DNA of 48,333 nt, the filler included, from Catajapyx aquilonaris (lineage: Eukaryota): assembly GCA_000934665.2 (NCBI GenBank). It is 2 parts of 2 records of this genome, joined end to end, with 100 filler letters (N's around TTAATTAATTAA, not from the genome) between each part and the next. Parts side by side here need not be neighbours in the genome. Positions count along the whole stretch, not along the records: positions 1 to 24,109 come from JYFJ02005569.1; 1 more part is not named here. One strand, written 5' to 3'. The notes beneath the pieces are model-generated. The model did no database searches, had not been told where the DNA came from, and saw nothing but the letters and a program-made list of their open reading frames with translations. Position numbers and translations under genes: made by a program. Shown one piece after another: positions 12,401 to 21,530 of the stretch (position 1 is the first letter of the stretch; every line of letters starts with the position of its first letter).

Positions 12401-12543
12401 GTGGATTAAAAATAATCGAGGTTGAAGACAAGCTTCTCATTCTGGACAGAGCAGGAAATTTTCAGTATAAGCTGAAAATAAAGTCACATGAAAAACTTGT
12501 GGATGATATCAGGCGCAGGCTAGCAGGTGCAAAGAGCTTATAA
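6481..12543 (+). CDS. 2A-OTU-nuclease-NACHT multidomain protein (paralog 2), 2020 aa, intronless
   Basis: GDVEINPGP (6514-6540). OTU-like D56/C59 (SDGSCFFDS) and H195 (NHFQP). FDDIVF (7534) and QAKH (7597). Walker A GHPGEGKTT (10201-10227), Walker B VLLDGFDE (10441-10464), VWVSTR, and FLHGTYAEYF (11149). Confidence 0.9.
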   Translation: MESLIQVMLNQGDVEINPGPDNGLTMRDSESNPTLPVYIQRPPLPPGFVYGHSRSDGSCFFDSFRQGLWQQKGISVTVEGLRQVCKEFAENNHEEWFKRNINKCHDETGKLIHSESQSQYAENILRDDRWGDSNVEGRILCQEYGVTIGLIEKNPINVNPRWLCNIICADRTGPVESITYGTEDQVCMINEGNNHFQPILKKITHEVSPGQIDQNKRKMGDSVPDNQGRPSKIVRWEYPSEENVKIENLKAQKENGYKRQKLHSPGPNSGTGIDSKCDITSREHLKVQPDNQHENATGNERAGDLKQPVVGLRRSLHGIVYQLKLLMLFLTRGLKKGYDFRLATEMEDAGKFDDIVFLCKGKGEVKEHYRFLQAKHKLEETEKISGQDLLTENTKGEFCLAKYFDSFRKIEHSPVFEGEKKDFVLCTNIGFDFPKAEKVKGKRTGFPLSEAMFDELDGKDDVLENPRFKFKKEFDGKPLLVSALRGSTDIFKLAKGLAECVLDGKKIDPGYSKNDPTGNALRSYHVALGKGVIDVKEKKLQKDFCRVGENMSTDFAKFREVFMEVAYVERRKGYEPVDDPRIVEADLKPFAELLAQRLKDQKNLGQNKLIKQHFGKLSGHVLVTRNGKVMFRPGFLDGTSALPGNLQAFREQLELELKEVQLELNDLHSKVFKVPKTFECCEEIFIDEDSFWNGIRTRELNIFDGFGEETEPLKSCDDFTNLIEIAIGQSDEPGRHKLVKIEGKDKVTIGYLERLTKVLELTDDGNLKFSEPFLRNGNERKDLKYLRTKLAAKFSLEELGKYCFDGSGFRHFFMPDESMEEINRDFGTFLKKLTFAVEQPNEDKLSKILQGECNELNDIKSDLIADYILKKMLNWFKNPTGTFMTSEDGKKRFKKVGEKIHTIVVLHAKRIKFEHKVKQLGIRFSNTDRDYLRESPLVNLFGPMPLTTMYLLQSLRSKDISPILLNLEDFDRLQKELVKEYSRATEREYLLILTCRNSLKSVVSDEKSTLSRVKEFADRKRPVVIVSEEALPDISTKCCEEVDRNNLSNITPESISSLLENTKIRSQGHDFALIDFLSNDCCHKVINSKVLNAFVSSQIIEIGATFPELGEVGYFVERTLKHFQVHITKEQLKGLLTSCGDIFAIDNITHQEFSALLVEVGLSANEGKNRKKILLFSDNDSDFKKLCTDSTDQVVHWMGYSKDHQTLKLKQSHGSLLNLRKFKKPLEGMDENDDQLVIISGHPGEGKTTFLNNCPSDQLLSSFWYMKVKLNDFHNKIKESKATDLNGVVDFLFETGCAGPKSEFGKQLLLHRLKGHGQVMVLLDGFDEVPPDLRGIVIKLIEILKAESVETKVWVSTRSYLQDNLEDALGIFSSILNPFDEEEQEILFNKYWKFKLNVKESQVKKIGRIGEFTTKIVKYFRNQEFMQGGLVGNALQAQILADVFKDDCEKYCQHNFRHDFKDLLGSNLDLTKLYKAFHSVKYDEMFAKLKIRSTFPIGFKNSISDACNRKHKTLAVRALFSGQTKVVQLIESEEEARLTGEEISRAGIVQNADKAKFLHGTYAEYFVTYFYVDMMKRDILQGSEPLISSLFTDRGKLIREFIPSMVENTILMKRWEQIELCDITRALDNSTCLIISNLFTFGREEYRPRLSELVEDMKLSITWDETNHQYYITELECFTTNLEKFSSYSFCTFDTETEEAMKKAIEFLFKVAGKSEDSKINETVSDCLWESLMYFISHEKWRKDGDYIKHVKKKLVSLMSPKVKKYFDKFQEAINKKAADKLFKGIEPNNLIHLACTYIHLMDSMPTDYLIRCVDEMFKMMNDLGWILKVGLRIPTGLNIMMSDLGWILKVGFRISTGRNILTLPMANIFKSHLITSTTSPQRDPCVHIIYHTKLVIPLAKIIRRGPSDQINKLAFLRITATAVDFSITRGFQLFLKPDDLDTIMEVMESLLNKEKSPKVFEDSVKLMCALGRGGLKIIEVEDKLLILDRAGNFQYKLKIKSHEKLVDDIRRRLAGAKSL
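6514..6540 (+). other. 2A/StopGo ribosome-skipping motif GDVEINPG|P
   Basis: Exact match to the D(V/I)ExNPGP consensus, preceded by hydrophobic LIQVMLNQ. Confidence 0.8.
11938..12063 (+). repeat. In-frame 63-bp (21-aa) tandem duplication in the paralog 2 C-terminal domain
   Basis: MMNDLGWILKVGLRIPTGLNI followed by MMSDLGWILKVGFRISTGRNI; single copy in the other paralogs. Confidence 0.95.
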
Positions 12544-13594
12544 TTGCATTGCAATGCAATGCATTTTCAATTGCCTGATTTGCTATTTGCATTGCAATGC
12601 TATTATAAGCTCTTTGAGCCGGTGGTGATGACATGGAGGACCTTAGTCATGCATTTGAGTGACTTTATTTTCAAACACCCACCATGTGAAGACATCATGT
12701 CTCACCCATTTGATGTATGGAGGGAATTTATTTGTAATAACTTTCATGGACTGTGTTACTAGAACATTGTGAGATAAGGTTTCATTTATTTGCCTAGTTT
12801 ATTATCGTGACTGGAGATCTTAACCCTGAGTTGTGACCAATGGTGATAACAATGAAGACTGATTTTCTACAGTTGATATCTAATGAATATTCTCTCTCAA
12901 TAAACCATTGCATTGCTTTCAAATGGTGAAAATAAATTATTAACCATTCCTTTGGACAGTATTGTTTCATTCACTGAAGACAATTGCCAAGTACTGATTG
13001 GGACAATGAGAGCATTAGCTGTGTAGAGAATATTCATTTGATTTCATTTGGTTGTGATGAAATATCTTGTAGTGTCATATGTGTAAAACTGTATACAGCG
13101 TGATGCACACGACATATTTTAAGTGCCTTGTATTTCAAATGGTTCCTACATGTCTCAGGAAATGTTTCACTATGTCAGTGATGCATGAAGTCATGTGTCC
13201 ACGATAATGCAATGGTGTCAAAACATATTTTTGTAATACTGTCACTATATTTTTTAAATTTTTTATTGTATAAGTTACCGTATACTGTAGTTGTAGCTTG
13301 TGTGCCTAATAAATTGTAGGATTTTCCTGCTGAATTATCATTTCAATCTGAAAGTTTTTCCTCGACCTTTCCTTGGGTCATTCTGTCTCTTGCATCCCAA
13401 AATTAATGGCGTCAAAAATATTGTTGCTGTCGTCACATCCACAGACAGATGCTGAAGCTTCATATTCCGTAGATAACGAGGGGTGACACCAGTAATAATT
13501 TATAGAGCCTAATGAAATAAATTCTGGTTGAAATGGAATGTTCATTTCGAACAGTATTGTTTACAAACAAACAAGAAAGTGTAGCAAACCCATC

Positions 13595-13740
13595 TGTGAC
13601 GTCACGACACTTTTCAAACGCTCAAGCTCAGCGAGCTCAGCTGATCAAACCCGGTGATTTCCGAACGCGCCCAGGTTCTAGATTCGGAAGAGAAGCGCGT
13701 GACGCAAGAGAGACATTTCGGGTTAATTGAGAGGTAATTA
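13595..13740 (+). promoter_or_regulatory. Candidate promoter / non-coding first exon of the repeat unit (homolog ~5167-5280)
   Basis: CpG-richer patch with TGACGTCA and CGGAAG words and a possible donor GAG|GTAATT at 13733/13734. A possible acceptor TTTGCTTGGCAG ends at 15646, just before the ATG at 15673. Confidence 0.3.
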
Positions 13741-14174
13741 AGGGTTAATCAGGGTGGGTTTGGGGCAGGGCAGATGCGGGTGGACTCTGGGCGTCGGTGG
13801 AGAGTCGAATATTTCGGGAGGAAAGGGAATGAAGAGGCGAAAAGCTCCTTTTTTTTTTTTTTTTCCTTCTTCCCGCCTTGGCCGGTGGACAAAGAAATTG
13901 CCGCGTTAATTCCAACTGTGGAAAATGTAGGGTTTATGCCAACTAAAATGGCATATTTCGTGGTGTTGGGAACTATTTTGCCTATTCTGTTTTTTTTTGC
14001 AACTGTTCATGCCTATTTGCCCCCCTTTTTTGGGATAGTTTCTGAACTTTTTGAAGCATTTTCGGGACTTTTTGGGCCTATTACTATTTCTTGAAAGGCA
14101 TGTTTATTTGCGGAGTATTTTTTGTGCTCTCTGAAAGGACCAGAACCGTTCAGAAGTAATACAAATCATGTTTT

Positions 14175-14374
14175 CAGGAGGGGATGTGCAAGGTGCGGTG
14201 CATGGCCAATTTTAGTGAACTCCCCCGGGTGGTTTAGTATATTGGAAATACCACCCAAGACAAAGCCAGAGGCGACCCTGAACTCTGCACGAGATGAAGG
14301 GGGTGTCCCCGGGCAGGATTTGATCCTGGGACCTTAATATCCATAGGCATTACCGCAGCACCACTTCGCCTCCC
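14175..14374 (-). mobile_element. tRNA-derived SINE family A, partial copy
   Basis: Reverse complement of the head and body of 21531-21868. Confidence 0.8.
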
Positions 14375-14844
14375 CCTGAACCTGGATATAAGCGTCCAGA
14401 GCAAGTGGTACTTGCTTGCACTTCTTGCCTTTTGCCCTAGTTTCGTGATTTCCTGCCAGTTTATTGTTGTTACTCGTTTTTGATATGGTTTGTGACCTTA
14501 TATTTTATACTTTAGGGCTATAAAATTATTCTAGCATTTTAATTTTACTGTAACATTGTCCTCCATAGTCCATACGCCAGAAAAAGTAAAATTTTTGCGC
14601 CTATTTGAGGTTTTTTCGTGCCTAAATATCTGGACTCTACTAATGAAGATCTGGAATTCAAAAGAATATACAGGGTGGTCGGTAAATGGCGGACAAGCTT
14701 CAGGTAGCGAGATTCCTTGTGAAAAATCTGTATATGGAAGTGAAGGTCATATTGCTCTACGAGGCCTGGTTAGGGCTCGCGAGGCCTCCAAAGTTTGGGC
14801 CAAATAATGATGTCACATCCGGCTGCGAAATTCAAACACTACCG

Positions 14845-15535
14845 TATCGCTACCGTACTCTACATACATAGTTAGCTTACATGTACTCCGAAGATACGGA
14901 CAAGATATTTTACAAATAATAACAGCTATACTTACCCGTTCATGCAAAACATTATGTGTTGGGATCAATTTTACTCGTCTAGAAGTCCCAAAATCAATTT
15001 TCAAAAATATAGCTGTAAACACTGGAAATTCAAATACTATCGGGCAACTGTTAGGCCGATTTAATTATGAAATACATTAAACCATACGCAGCATTTCCCT
15101 TGAGAATGGTGCCAAAAGAATTTGCTGAGAAATCGTCATACTTCTCTAGAATTAAATTGATACTTATCTGTGGCTTGATGCCACTTCGGAGAACTCCCAA
15201 ATTTATTTATTTCTCCTGAAGTACAACGACTTCAGAAAATTCTTGTGGAACAGTTTTCAAGATTGTCATTCCGTATATTTTAACATATTTCATAATTAAA
15301 TCAGCCTAACAGTTGGCTGGTAGTACTTGAACATTGAGTTTTTACAGCCCTATATTTGAAAATTAATTTAGGGACTGCTAGGCGAGGAAAATAATTGTTC
15401 CGAAGACATTCATACTGATGAGCATGAACGTGTAAGTGTAACTGTTATTATTTGTAAAACATCTTGTCAGTCCGTATATTCATAGTATGTGTAATCGAAA
15501 ATCTGGGCTTTTTTGGCCTTGCTGGTAGCGAATGA
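14845..15535. mobile_element. Degenerate copy of the palindromic piggyBac-like MITE at 30931-31680
   Basis: Shares GTACTCCGAAGATACGGACA.GATATTTTACAAATAAT and CATAATTAAATCAGCCTAACAGTTGG with that element. Confidence 0.75.
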
Positions 15536-15672
15536 TTGTACCTTCTTTTAATGCAAGAGGCCAATACAACTTTGACCGTAAAGACCGCTTATGAAGATGT
15601 AGCTTTAGGTGTAATAATTATAGCTAAAATTGCATTTGCTTGGCAGGCTACAAGGCATAATTGGCCATCAGC

Positions 15673-18600
15673 ATGGGAGTTGACCTGGTGGCCTGGAGGA
15701 GTCGACAAGGGTGGGGCTCCAAGGTCAACTGGGGTCAGAGGAGATGCCTCCAGCAGACTGGACAGAGGATGTCACAGCCACTCTGGCCTGCCTTGGCCCT
15801 ACTGGTCATGACCCTGCTAGCAACACTCAACTGTGCATCGGCCGTGGCTCAAAGCAATCCAAACAAGTCAATGGCATTGAAGCAGGTAACACTTCCAAGC
15901 CTTGGGGTTTGGAAGCATGGCACAGACCAAGGGAGGTGGATTCTCGAGTGCAGCATGGGAAGGGGACTGATCCAGGTGATGCTCAATCAGGGAGGGGTGG
16001 AGATCAATCCTGGACCCAACACTGGAACTGAGAAGGACTCTCAATCCAATCCCACTCCATCGGAAAGCATGGATATTCAGGGAGATAATCACCAAGAAAA
16101 TGTAGAAAAAAATGTAAGAGTTGTTATCATTGCGGATGAAGTATCACATAGTCAAAAAGGTCAGTACAAGAGAAAAATGGGCGATGATCAAGGCAGTCCT
16201 AGTAAAAGATTAAGGCAAGAATACTTTAGTGATGAACATGTAACTAAGGGTGCAGAGGAATATTCTGTTAAAGGAGTTAAGTCCATGTTCCATGGCTACA
16301 TGTATCAAGTCAAGTTGTTGACGTTATTTTTAGTTCGAGGCCTGAAAAAGGGGTACTCTTTTCATTTAGCAACAGAAATGAAAATAGCAGAAAAATTTGA
16401 TGATATTGTATTTCGATACAAAGAAAAGGATGAGGAAACAGTGCATTATCGCCTCGTACAAGCAAAGCACAAGTTAGAGGAGACGAACAAGAAAATATCA
16501 GGCCACGATTTGCTAACAGAAAATACACACGGAGAGTTCAGCCTGGTAGAGTATTTTCGCTCTTTCCAAAAAATAGAATCCTGCCCAGAATTTAAAGGTG
16601 AAAAGAAGGATTTTGTCATTTGCACAAATATTGGTTTCGACTTTTCTGAAGCGGAAAAGAAGCCTGTTTTTCCCTTAAGTGATGACATGTTCGAAAAATT
16701 AGATGGTGAAGATATTTTGATAGGTCCTACGTACAAATTCAAGGATAGTTTTGTTGGGAAGCGATTCTTAGTTTCTAAACTAGCAGGTTCCACTGACATG
16801 TTTAAGTTGGCGAAGGTCCTGGCTGAGTGTGTGTTGGATGGAAATGGATGTTTGAAAAACTATCCCACTCTTCTATTATATCAAGTTGCATTAAGGAAAC
16901 ACGTTATTGATGTAGAGAAAAGAACATTGCAGGAAGATTTTTGCACAGGAAAAAATATGTGCTCTGATGTTGCAAATTTTAGGCAAGTGCTTTTGAAAGA
17001 GGGATTTCTGGATCGTCAAATGGGCAACAAGTTTCATGAAAATCCTGTGATAGGGGAAGGTGCCTTGAAACCATTTGCTCAACTTATTGCAAAACTTTTA
17101 AATGAAGCTGACAAAGTGAAAGTACAAGATAATCTTTTTTGGAAATTGTCTGGACATGCATTAGTAAAGAGGGATGGTGAGGTCAAGTTCTGCTCTGAAT
17201 TTTTAGATGGTACTAGTGCATTACCTGGAAATCTCCAAGCCTTCAGAGATCAATTGAAAAAGGAACTTATAACTTGTGGGCTCACGTTAAATGACTTGCA
17301 TTCAAAAGTCTTCGAATTCACTGATCAGTTCCAAGGCCGTTGGAAATATTTTATTGATGAAAACCTCTTTTGGGATCGCGTAAGAAATGAAAAATTAATT
17401 ATACCATTTGAATTTGGGGAAGCATCACAGACTCTCACATGTGTTGATGACTTTACTAATATAGTAGAAGACGGCATCAGGAAAAGTGATGAATCTGGCA
17501 GACATAAACTGGTTAAAATAGAGGGAAGAAAGAAAATAACTGGGAACCTTGAACAATTGATGGAAGTATTAGAGGTAACTGAAAATGGCAATCTGAAATT
17601 CAGTGCATCTTTCTTTGGGAATGATGACTTGCCCAATAATAATTTGAATGAGTTTCGAACTAAATTGACAAGTAAGTTTACTCTTGAAGAACTTGGAGAG
17701 TACTGCTTCGATGGGAGTAGTTTCCGCCACTTTTACATACCAAATGAGAGCGTGGAAAAGATCAATAGGGATGTTGACACTTTTTTGAAGAAACTTACAT
17801 TTGCAGTCGATCAACCAAATGAACATGATTTAGGTGAAATTCTCCAAGATGAGTGTCAGGAGCTAATTAATGATGATAAGACTGATTTAGGGTTAACCTG
17901 TATTCTGAAGGAGACACTGACATGGTTCAGTAATCCGAGAGGTACTTTCGTGACGGGTCAGTGTTTCAACAATTGGTTAGAGGAAGCAAGAAAGAGAATT
18001 GGCACAATTGTATTGCATTCAATATCGCTAGAGTATCAGCATTGGGTTACACATTGCGGCATTGAATTTTTGAACACTGCTTGTGACGATTTAAGCAAGT
18101 TGCTGAATACTAATCTCAGTGATCAACACCCACTTGTCAATCTTGTTGGACCAACTCCACTCACTATGATAAAGCTGTGGCAGACACTTCATTACATGAA
18201 CAAACCCACAATATTTCTAAGCTTGGAGAATATTTCTCCACATCAAGATCTTGTCGAGTCAGTTATTTCTTCCAGTGAGAGCCAAGTTGTGGTAGTAATG
18301 GAGTGTTCGAACTCTTTTCGGGGACATGCCACATCACATGATGAAAGCATAGTGGCAGTAAAGAAATTTGTGGACAGCATGATAAATAAGGGTAAAAATA
18401 ACTTTGTTATTGTCAGCCAGAAAGCATTGACAAATATTTTCACAAACTGTTGTAAAGAAGTTCACAGCGATAATTTGAATGACCTCACTCCGGAATCCAA
18501 AACTAGGTTGCTTAATAAAACCAGAATTAAGTTTCAAGGACAAGACTTGTTCTTGAAAGAGCTTCTTCCCAACTATTGCTGCCACAAGATCATAAATTCA

Positions 18601-21327
18601 GAAGTGTTAAATTATATTGCTGAAGGTCAGCGCACAGAAATTGGAGCAAAGCAGCCAGGGTTAGGAGAAGTTGGTGGCTATTATGTTCCGAGGACTCTCA
18701 AGCATTTCCATGTTATTATTGAAAAGGAAAACCTGAAAAAACTGCTCACTAGTTGTTATGACATGTTTGCCTTAAGTAACATTACAAAGCGAGAGCTCAG
18801 GAAATTGCTTGCCGGAGAAGGAATCTCAGAATTTGATCAGAAGGACAGAATGAAAATTTTGGATATTGGTGATGAGGAGCATAGTTTCAAAAAACTGTGT
18901 GCTGATGCAGAACATCAGGTTGTCCACTTGATGGACTACAATAAGCATGATCAAACCCTGAGTTGGAAACGGTCCCGTGGCAGTTTGTCCAACTTACGAG
19001 AATTTAGAAAACCTGTGGAAGGAGTGCAAGAAATTAAGGACCAGTTGGCCATAATTTCTGGAGATCCTGGGGAGGGAAAATCTACCTTCCTCGATCATTG
19101 TGCATCTGATTTGTTACACCCCTCACTTTGGTACATTAAGATAACACTAAATGACTTCCATAATATAATAGACAAATCAAATGCAACAGACTTAACCGGT
19201 GCTGTAGACTTCTTGTTTGAGACTGGGTCTGCAGGTCCAAAGTCACATTTCGCAAAATATTTGCTTAAGCATCGCCTTAAAGGACATGGTCAGGTTATGG
19301 TGTTGCTGGACGGTTACGATGAATTGCCACCTCGTCTGAGAGGAAGAGTTATTAAATTGATCAAAACTCTGAAAGCTGGAAGTCCTAACGGCCAAGTGTG
19401 GGTGTCGACACGTCCGTATTTGCGGTATCATTTAGAAGACGCTCTAGGGATTTTCTCCTACGTTTTGATTCCATTCAATGAAAAAGAGCAAGGTAGATTT
19501 TTTAGAAAATATTGGCAAGTCAAGCTTAAAGTCAAGGCAGAGGAAGTAGGGAGATTTACCATTGCATTCTTGAAACATTTTCGCAAGCATAAATTCATGC
19601 AAGAGGGATTAGTTGGAAATGCTCAGCAAGCAAAAATGCTGGCAGATGTTTTTAAGGATAGATGTAAAAAATATTGCGATGCCAAAGTCGGTTATGATTT
19701 TAATGACCTCTCAGGTGATGATATTGATTTGAATGAACTGTATAAGAAGTTTTTGTCAGTTCAATATGATGTATTGTTTACAAAATTAAAATCTGAATTA
19801 TCGGGTCGTGAAGGTTTCAAAATGGTAAATTCTTATGCATGCGACAGACAGCACAAGAATATAGCAGTGAAAGCGCTATTTTCTGAGCAAAATGAAGTTG
19901 TGCAAATAACAGAAGGCGAAGAAGAGCTACTGTCTGATGATGATCTTTGTTTTGCTGGTATTGTTCAGAATGTTAAGGAGGCAAAGTTTGTGCATTTCAC
20001 TTATTCTGAGTACTATGTGGCTTGTTTCTATGTGGATATGATGAAGCAGGACAGGCTTAAAAGTTCTGTACCCTTCATTTCGATTTTTTTCGCAGATCGT
20101 AGCGAACTTATTCGCGAATTCGCCCTATCCATGATTAAAAAGACGAATTTGATGGAAAAGTGGAAGCTGATAATGCATTGCGACATAACTGGCTCAGTCG
20201 ATATTTCCATGAGACAGTTGTTGCAATTTGAAATGAAACAAAATTATCCTGGGCTATTACATTGTATAGACACCTTTAAATCATGCATTGGGAGGTATGT
20301 AAATGGCCTTTTTTATTATGATAATGATGTTGAACTGGAAAATGTTTCTAACCTTGCTTCCTGTATTCTTCAAACAAAAGTTGAAAAGGAAGTGAAGACT
20401 GCACTTGACGTGTTGTTTGAATTTAGAGGAAAATTTCGTTACCTTAAGTTAAATAAAAAAGTGGATCAATGTCTTTGGAAGTCAATTTCGTACTATATCA
20501 ATCAGAAGAAGTGGCGAAATGATGAATACATTAAAGCGTTAAAGGAGAAGGTTGTTTTACTCATGCCACCAGAAATCAAAACAGCTATTGACAGATTTGA
20601 AAACGCTACCAGTAGAGAGGACAAACTGTCTTCAGCCTTGTCATTATTGAATTTATTATCCAAACAAGAGGCGGAAATACTGCAGGTGTATGCATATATT
20701 TACGGCAGTAGCGGCATACCCATACGTACCCTTGCTCCCTATGTTGACAAATTGCTTCCTTCCCATTGTGAGCAATACTCTGATAAGATCAAGTGGCTTG
20801 AAAATCAATATGTCAGAATTTCCACAGGTCTGAAAATTTTGACCTTGAAAATGGCTGGTGAATTCAATGAGCCTTTGGTCTCTGGTCTCTCCCCATCAAG
20901 TGGCTGGGAAAATATCTATGGCCACAGCATTTTTCATACATTAGTAATCCCTCTTGCAGAAGTCATCAGAAGAGGCTCCTCCTCCCGCATTAATAAATTA
21001 GCGTTTCTGAAAATCGCAGCTGTATCTGTACGCTTTTGCATGTCACAAGGATTAAAGTTGAACTTAAAACTTGATGCTCTCATCACTATTTTAGAAGTAA
21101 TGGAATCGCTTCTCAATGAAACAGATATACGTGATGACGTGTATGAAAACAGTGTGAAACTCTTGTGCGCTCTGGGACACGGAGGATTAAAAATAATCGA
21201 GGTTGATGACAAGCTTCTTGTTCTGGAGAGAGCAGGAAATTTTCAGAAAGTGTTGAAAATCAATTCACACGACAATCTTGTGAAATTAATCCGGTCCAGG
21301 CTAAAACGTGAAGACAGGGAAAAATAA
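15673..21327 (+). CDS. Leader-2A-nuclease-NACHT protein (paralog 3), 1884 aa from the first ATG (track starts at TTG 15661), no OTU
   Basis: Leader MGVDLVAWRSRQGW with hydrophobic LWPALALLVMTLLATLNCASAVA. GGVEINPGP (15991-16017). FDDIVF (16396) and QAKH (16459). Walker A GDPGEGKST (19060-19086), Walker B VLLDGYDE, and FVHFTYSEYY. Confidence 0.9.
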   Translation: MGVDLVAWRSRQGWGSKVNWGQRRCLQQTGQRMSQPLWPALALLVMTLLATLNCASAVAQSNPNKSMALKQVTLPSLGVWKHGTDQGRWILECSMGRGLIQVMLNQGGVEINPGPNTGTEKDSQSNPTPSESMDIQGDNHQENVEKNVRVVIIADEVSHSQKGQYKRKMGDDQGSPSKRLRQEYFSDEHVTKGAEEYSVKGVKSMFHGYMYQVKLLTLFLVRGLKKGYSFHLATEMKIAEKFDDIVFRYKEKDEETVHYRLVQAKHKLEETNKKISGHDLLTENTHGEFSLVEYFRSFQKIESCPEFKGEKKDFVICTNIGFDFSEAEKKPVFPLSDDMFEKLDGEDILIGPTYKFKDSFVGKRFLVSKLAGSTDMFKLAKVLAECVLDGNGCLKNYPTLLLYQVALRKHVIDVEKRTLQEDFCTGKNMCSDVANFRQVLLKEGFLDRQMGNKFHENPVIGEGALKPFAQLIAKLLNEADKVKVQDNLFWKLSGHALVKRDGEVKFCSEFLDGTSALPGNLQAFRDQLKKELITCGLTLNDLHSKVFEFTDQFQGRWKYFIDENLFWDRVRNEKLIIPFEFGEASQTLTCVDDFTNIVEDGIRKSDESGRHKLVKIEGRKKITGNLEQLMEVLEVTENGNLKFSASFFGNDDLPNNNLNEFRTKLTSKFTLEELGEYCFDGSSFRHFYIPNESVEKINRDVDTFLKKLTFAVDQPNEHDLGEILQDECQELINDDKTDLGLTCILKETLTWFSNPRGTFVTGQCFNNWLEEARKRIGTIVLHSISLEYQHWVTHCGIEFLNTACDDLSKLLNTNLSDQHPLVNLVGPTPLTMIKLWQTLHYMNKPTIFLSLENISPHQDLVESVISSSESQVVVVMECSNSFRGHATSHDESIVAVKKFVDSMINKGKNNFVIVSQKALTNIFTNCCKEVHSDNLNDLTPESKTRLLNKTRIKFQGQDLFLKELLPNYCCHKIINSEVLNYIAEGQRTEIGAKQPGLGEVGGYYVPRTLKHFHVIIEKENLKKLLTSCYDMFALSNITKRELRKLLAGEGISEFDQKDRMKILDIGDEEHSFKKLCADAEHQVVHLMDYNKHDQTLSWKRSRGSLSNLREFRKPVEGVQEIKDQLAIISGDPGEGKSTFLDHCASDLLHPSLWYIKITLNDFHNIIDKSNATDLTGAVDFLFETGSAGPKSHFAKYLLKHRLKGHGQVMVLLDGYDELPPRLRGRVIKLIKTLKAGSPNGQVWVSTRPYLRYHLEDALGIFSYVLIPFNEKEQGRFFRKYWQVKLKVKAEEVGRFTIAFLKHFRKHKFMQEGLVGNAQQAKMLADVFKDRCKKYCDAKVGYDFNDLSGDDIDLNELYKKFLSVQYDVLFTKLKSELSGREGFKMVNSYACDRQHKNIAVKALFSEQNEVVQITEGEEELLSDDDLCFAGIVQNVKEAKFVHFTYSEYYVACFYVDMMKQDRLKSSVPFISIFFADRSELIREFALSMIKKTNLMEKWKLIMHCDITGSVDISMRQLLQFEMKQNYPGLLHCIDTFKSCIGRYVNGLFYYDNDVELENVSNLASCILQTKVEKEVKTALDVLFEFRGKFRYLKLNKKVDQCLWKSISYYINQKKWRNDEYIKALKEKVVLLMPPEIKTAIDRFENATSREDKLSSALSLLNLLSKQEAEILQVYAYIYGSSGIPIRTLAPYVDKLLPSHCEQYSDKIKWLENQYVRISTGLKILTLKMAGEFNEPLVSGLSPSSGWENIYGHSIFHTLVIPLAEVIRRGSSSRINKLAFLKIAAVSVRFCMSQGLKLNLKLDALITILEVMESLLNETDIRDDVYENSVKLLCALGHGGLKIIEVDDKLLVLERAGNFQKVLKINSHDNLVKLIRSRLKREDREK
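15991..16017 (+). other. 2A-like motif variant GGVEINPG|P
   Basis: LIQVMLNQG.VEINPGP is otherwise identical to paralog 2; consensus D is replaced by G. Confidence 0.65.
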
Positions 21328-21530
21328 TTTAAGGATTCATCTGACAGTGAGCATCATTTTTCGAAGCACCCACCCTGGAAAGATTCCTCGCCCATTTGAG
21401 ATCCAGAAAAAATCAGAGTATATTAAAGGCCATAATTATCATGCAGTGAACGTGTCTCATGTGCCAAAGACACTGTTGGGTTCAAATGACTCACATCCAC
21501 TCCATAATGAAAACATTATTATTCATTAAG

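Noticed and set aside
463..21212. Many minus-strand and off-frame ORFs overlapping the NACHT genes
   Set aside because: Shadows of long AT-rich coding frames; they recur only because the sense genes are paralogous, and show no motifs.
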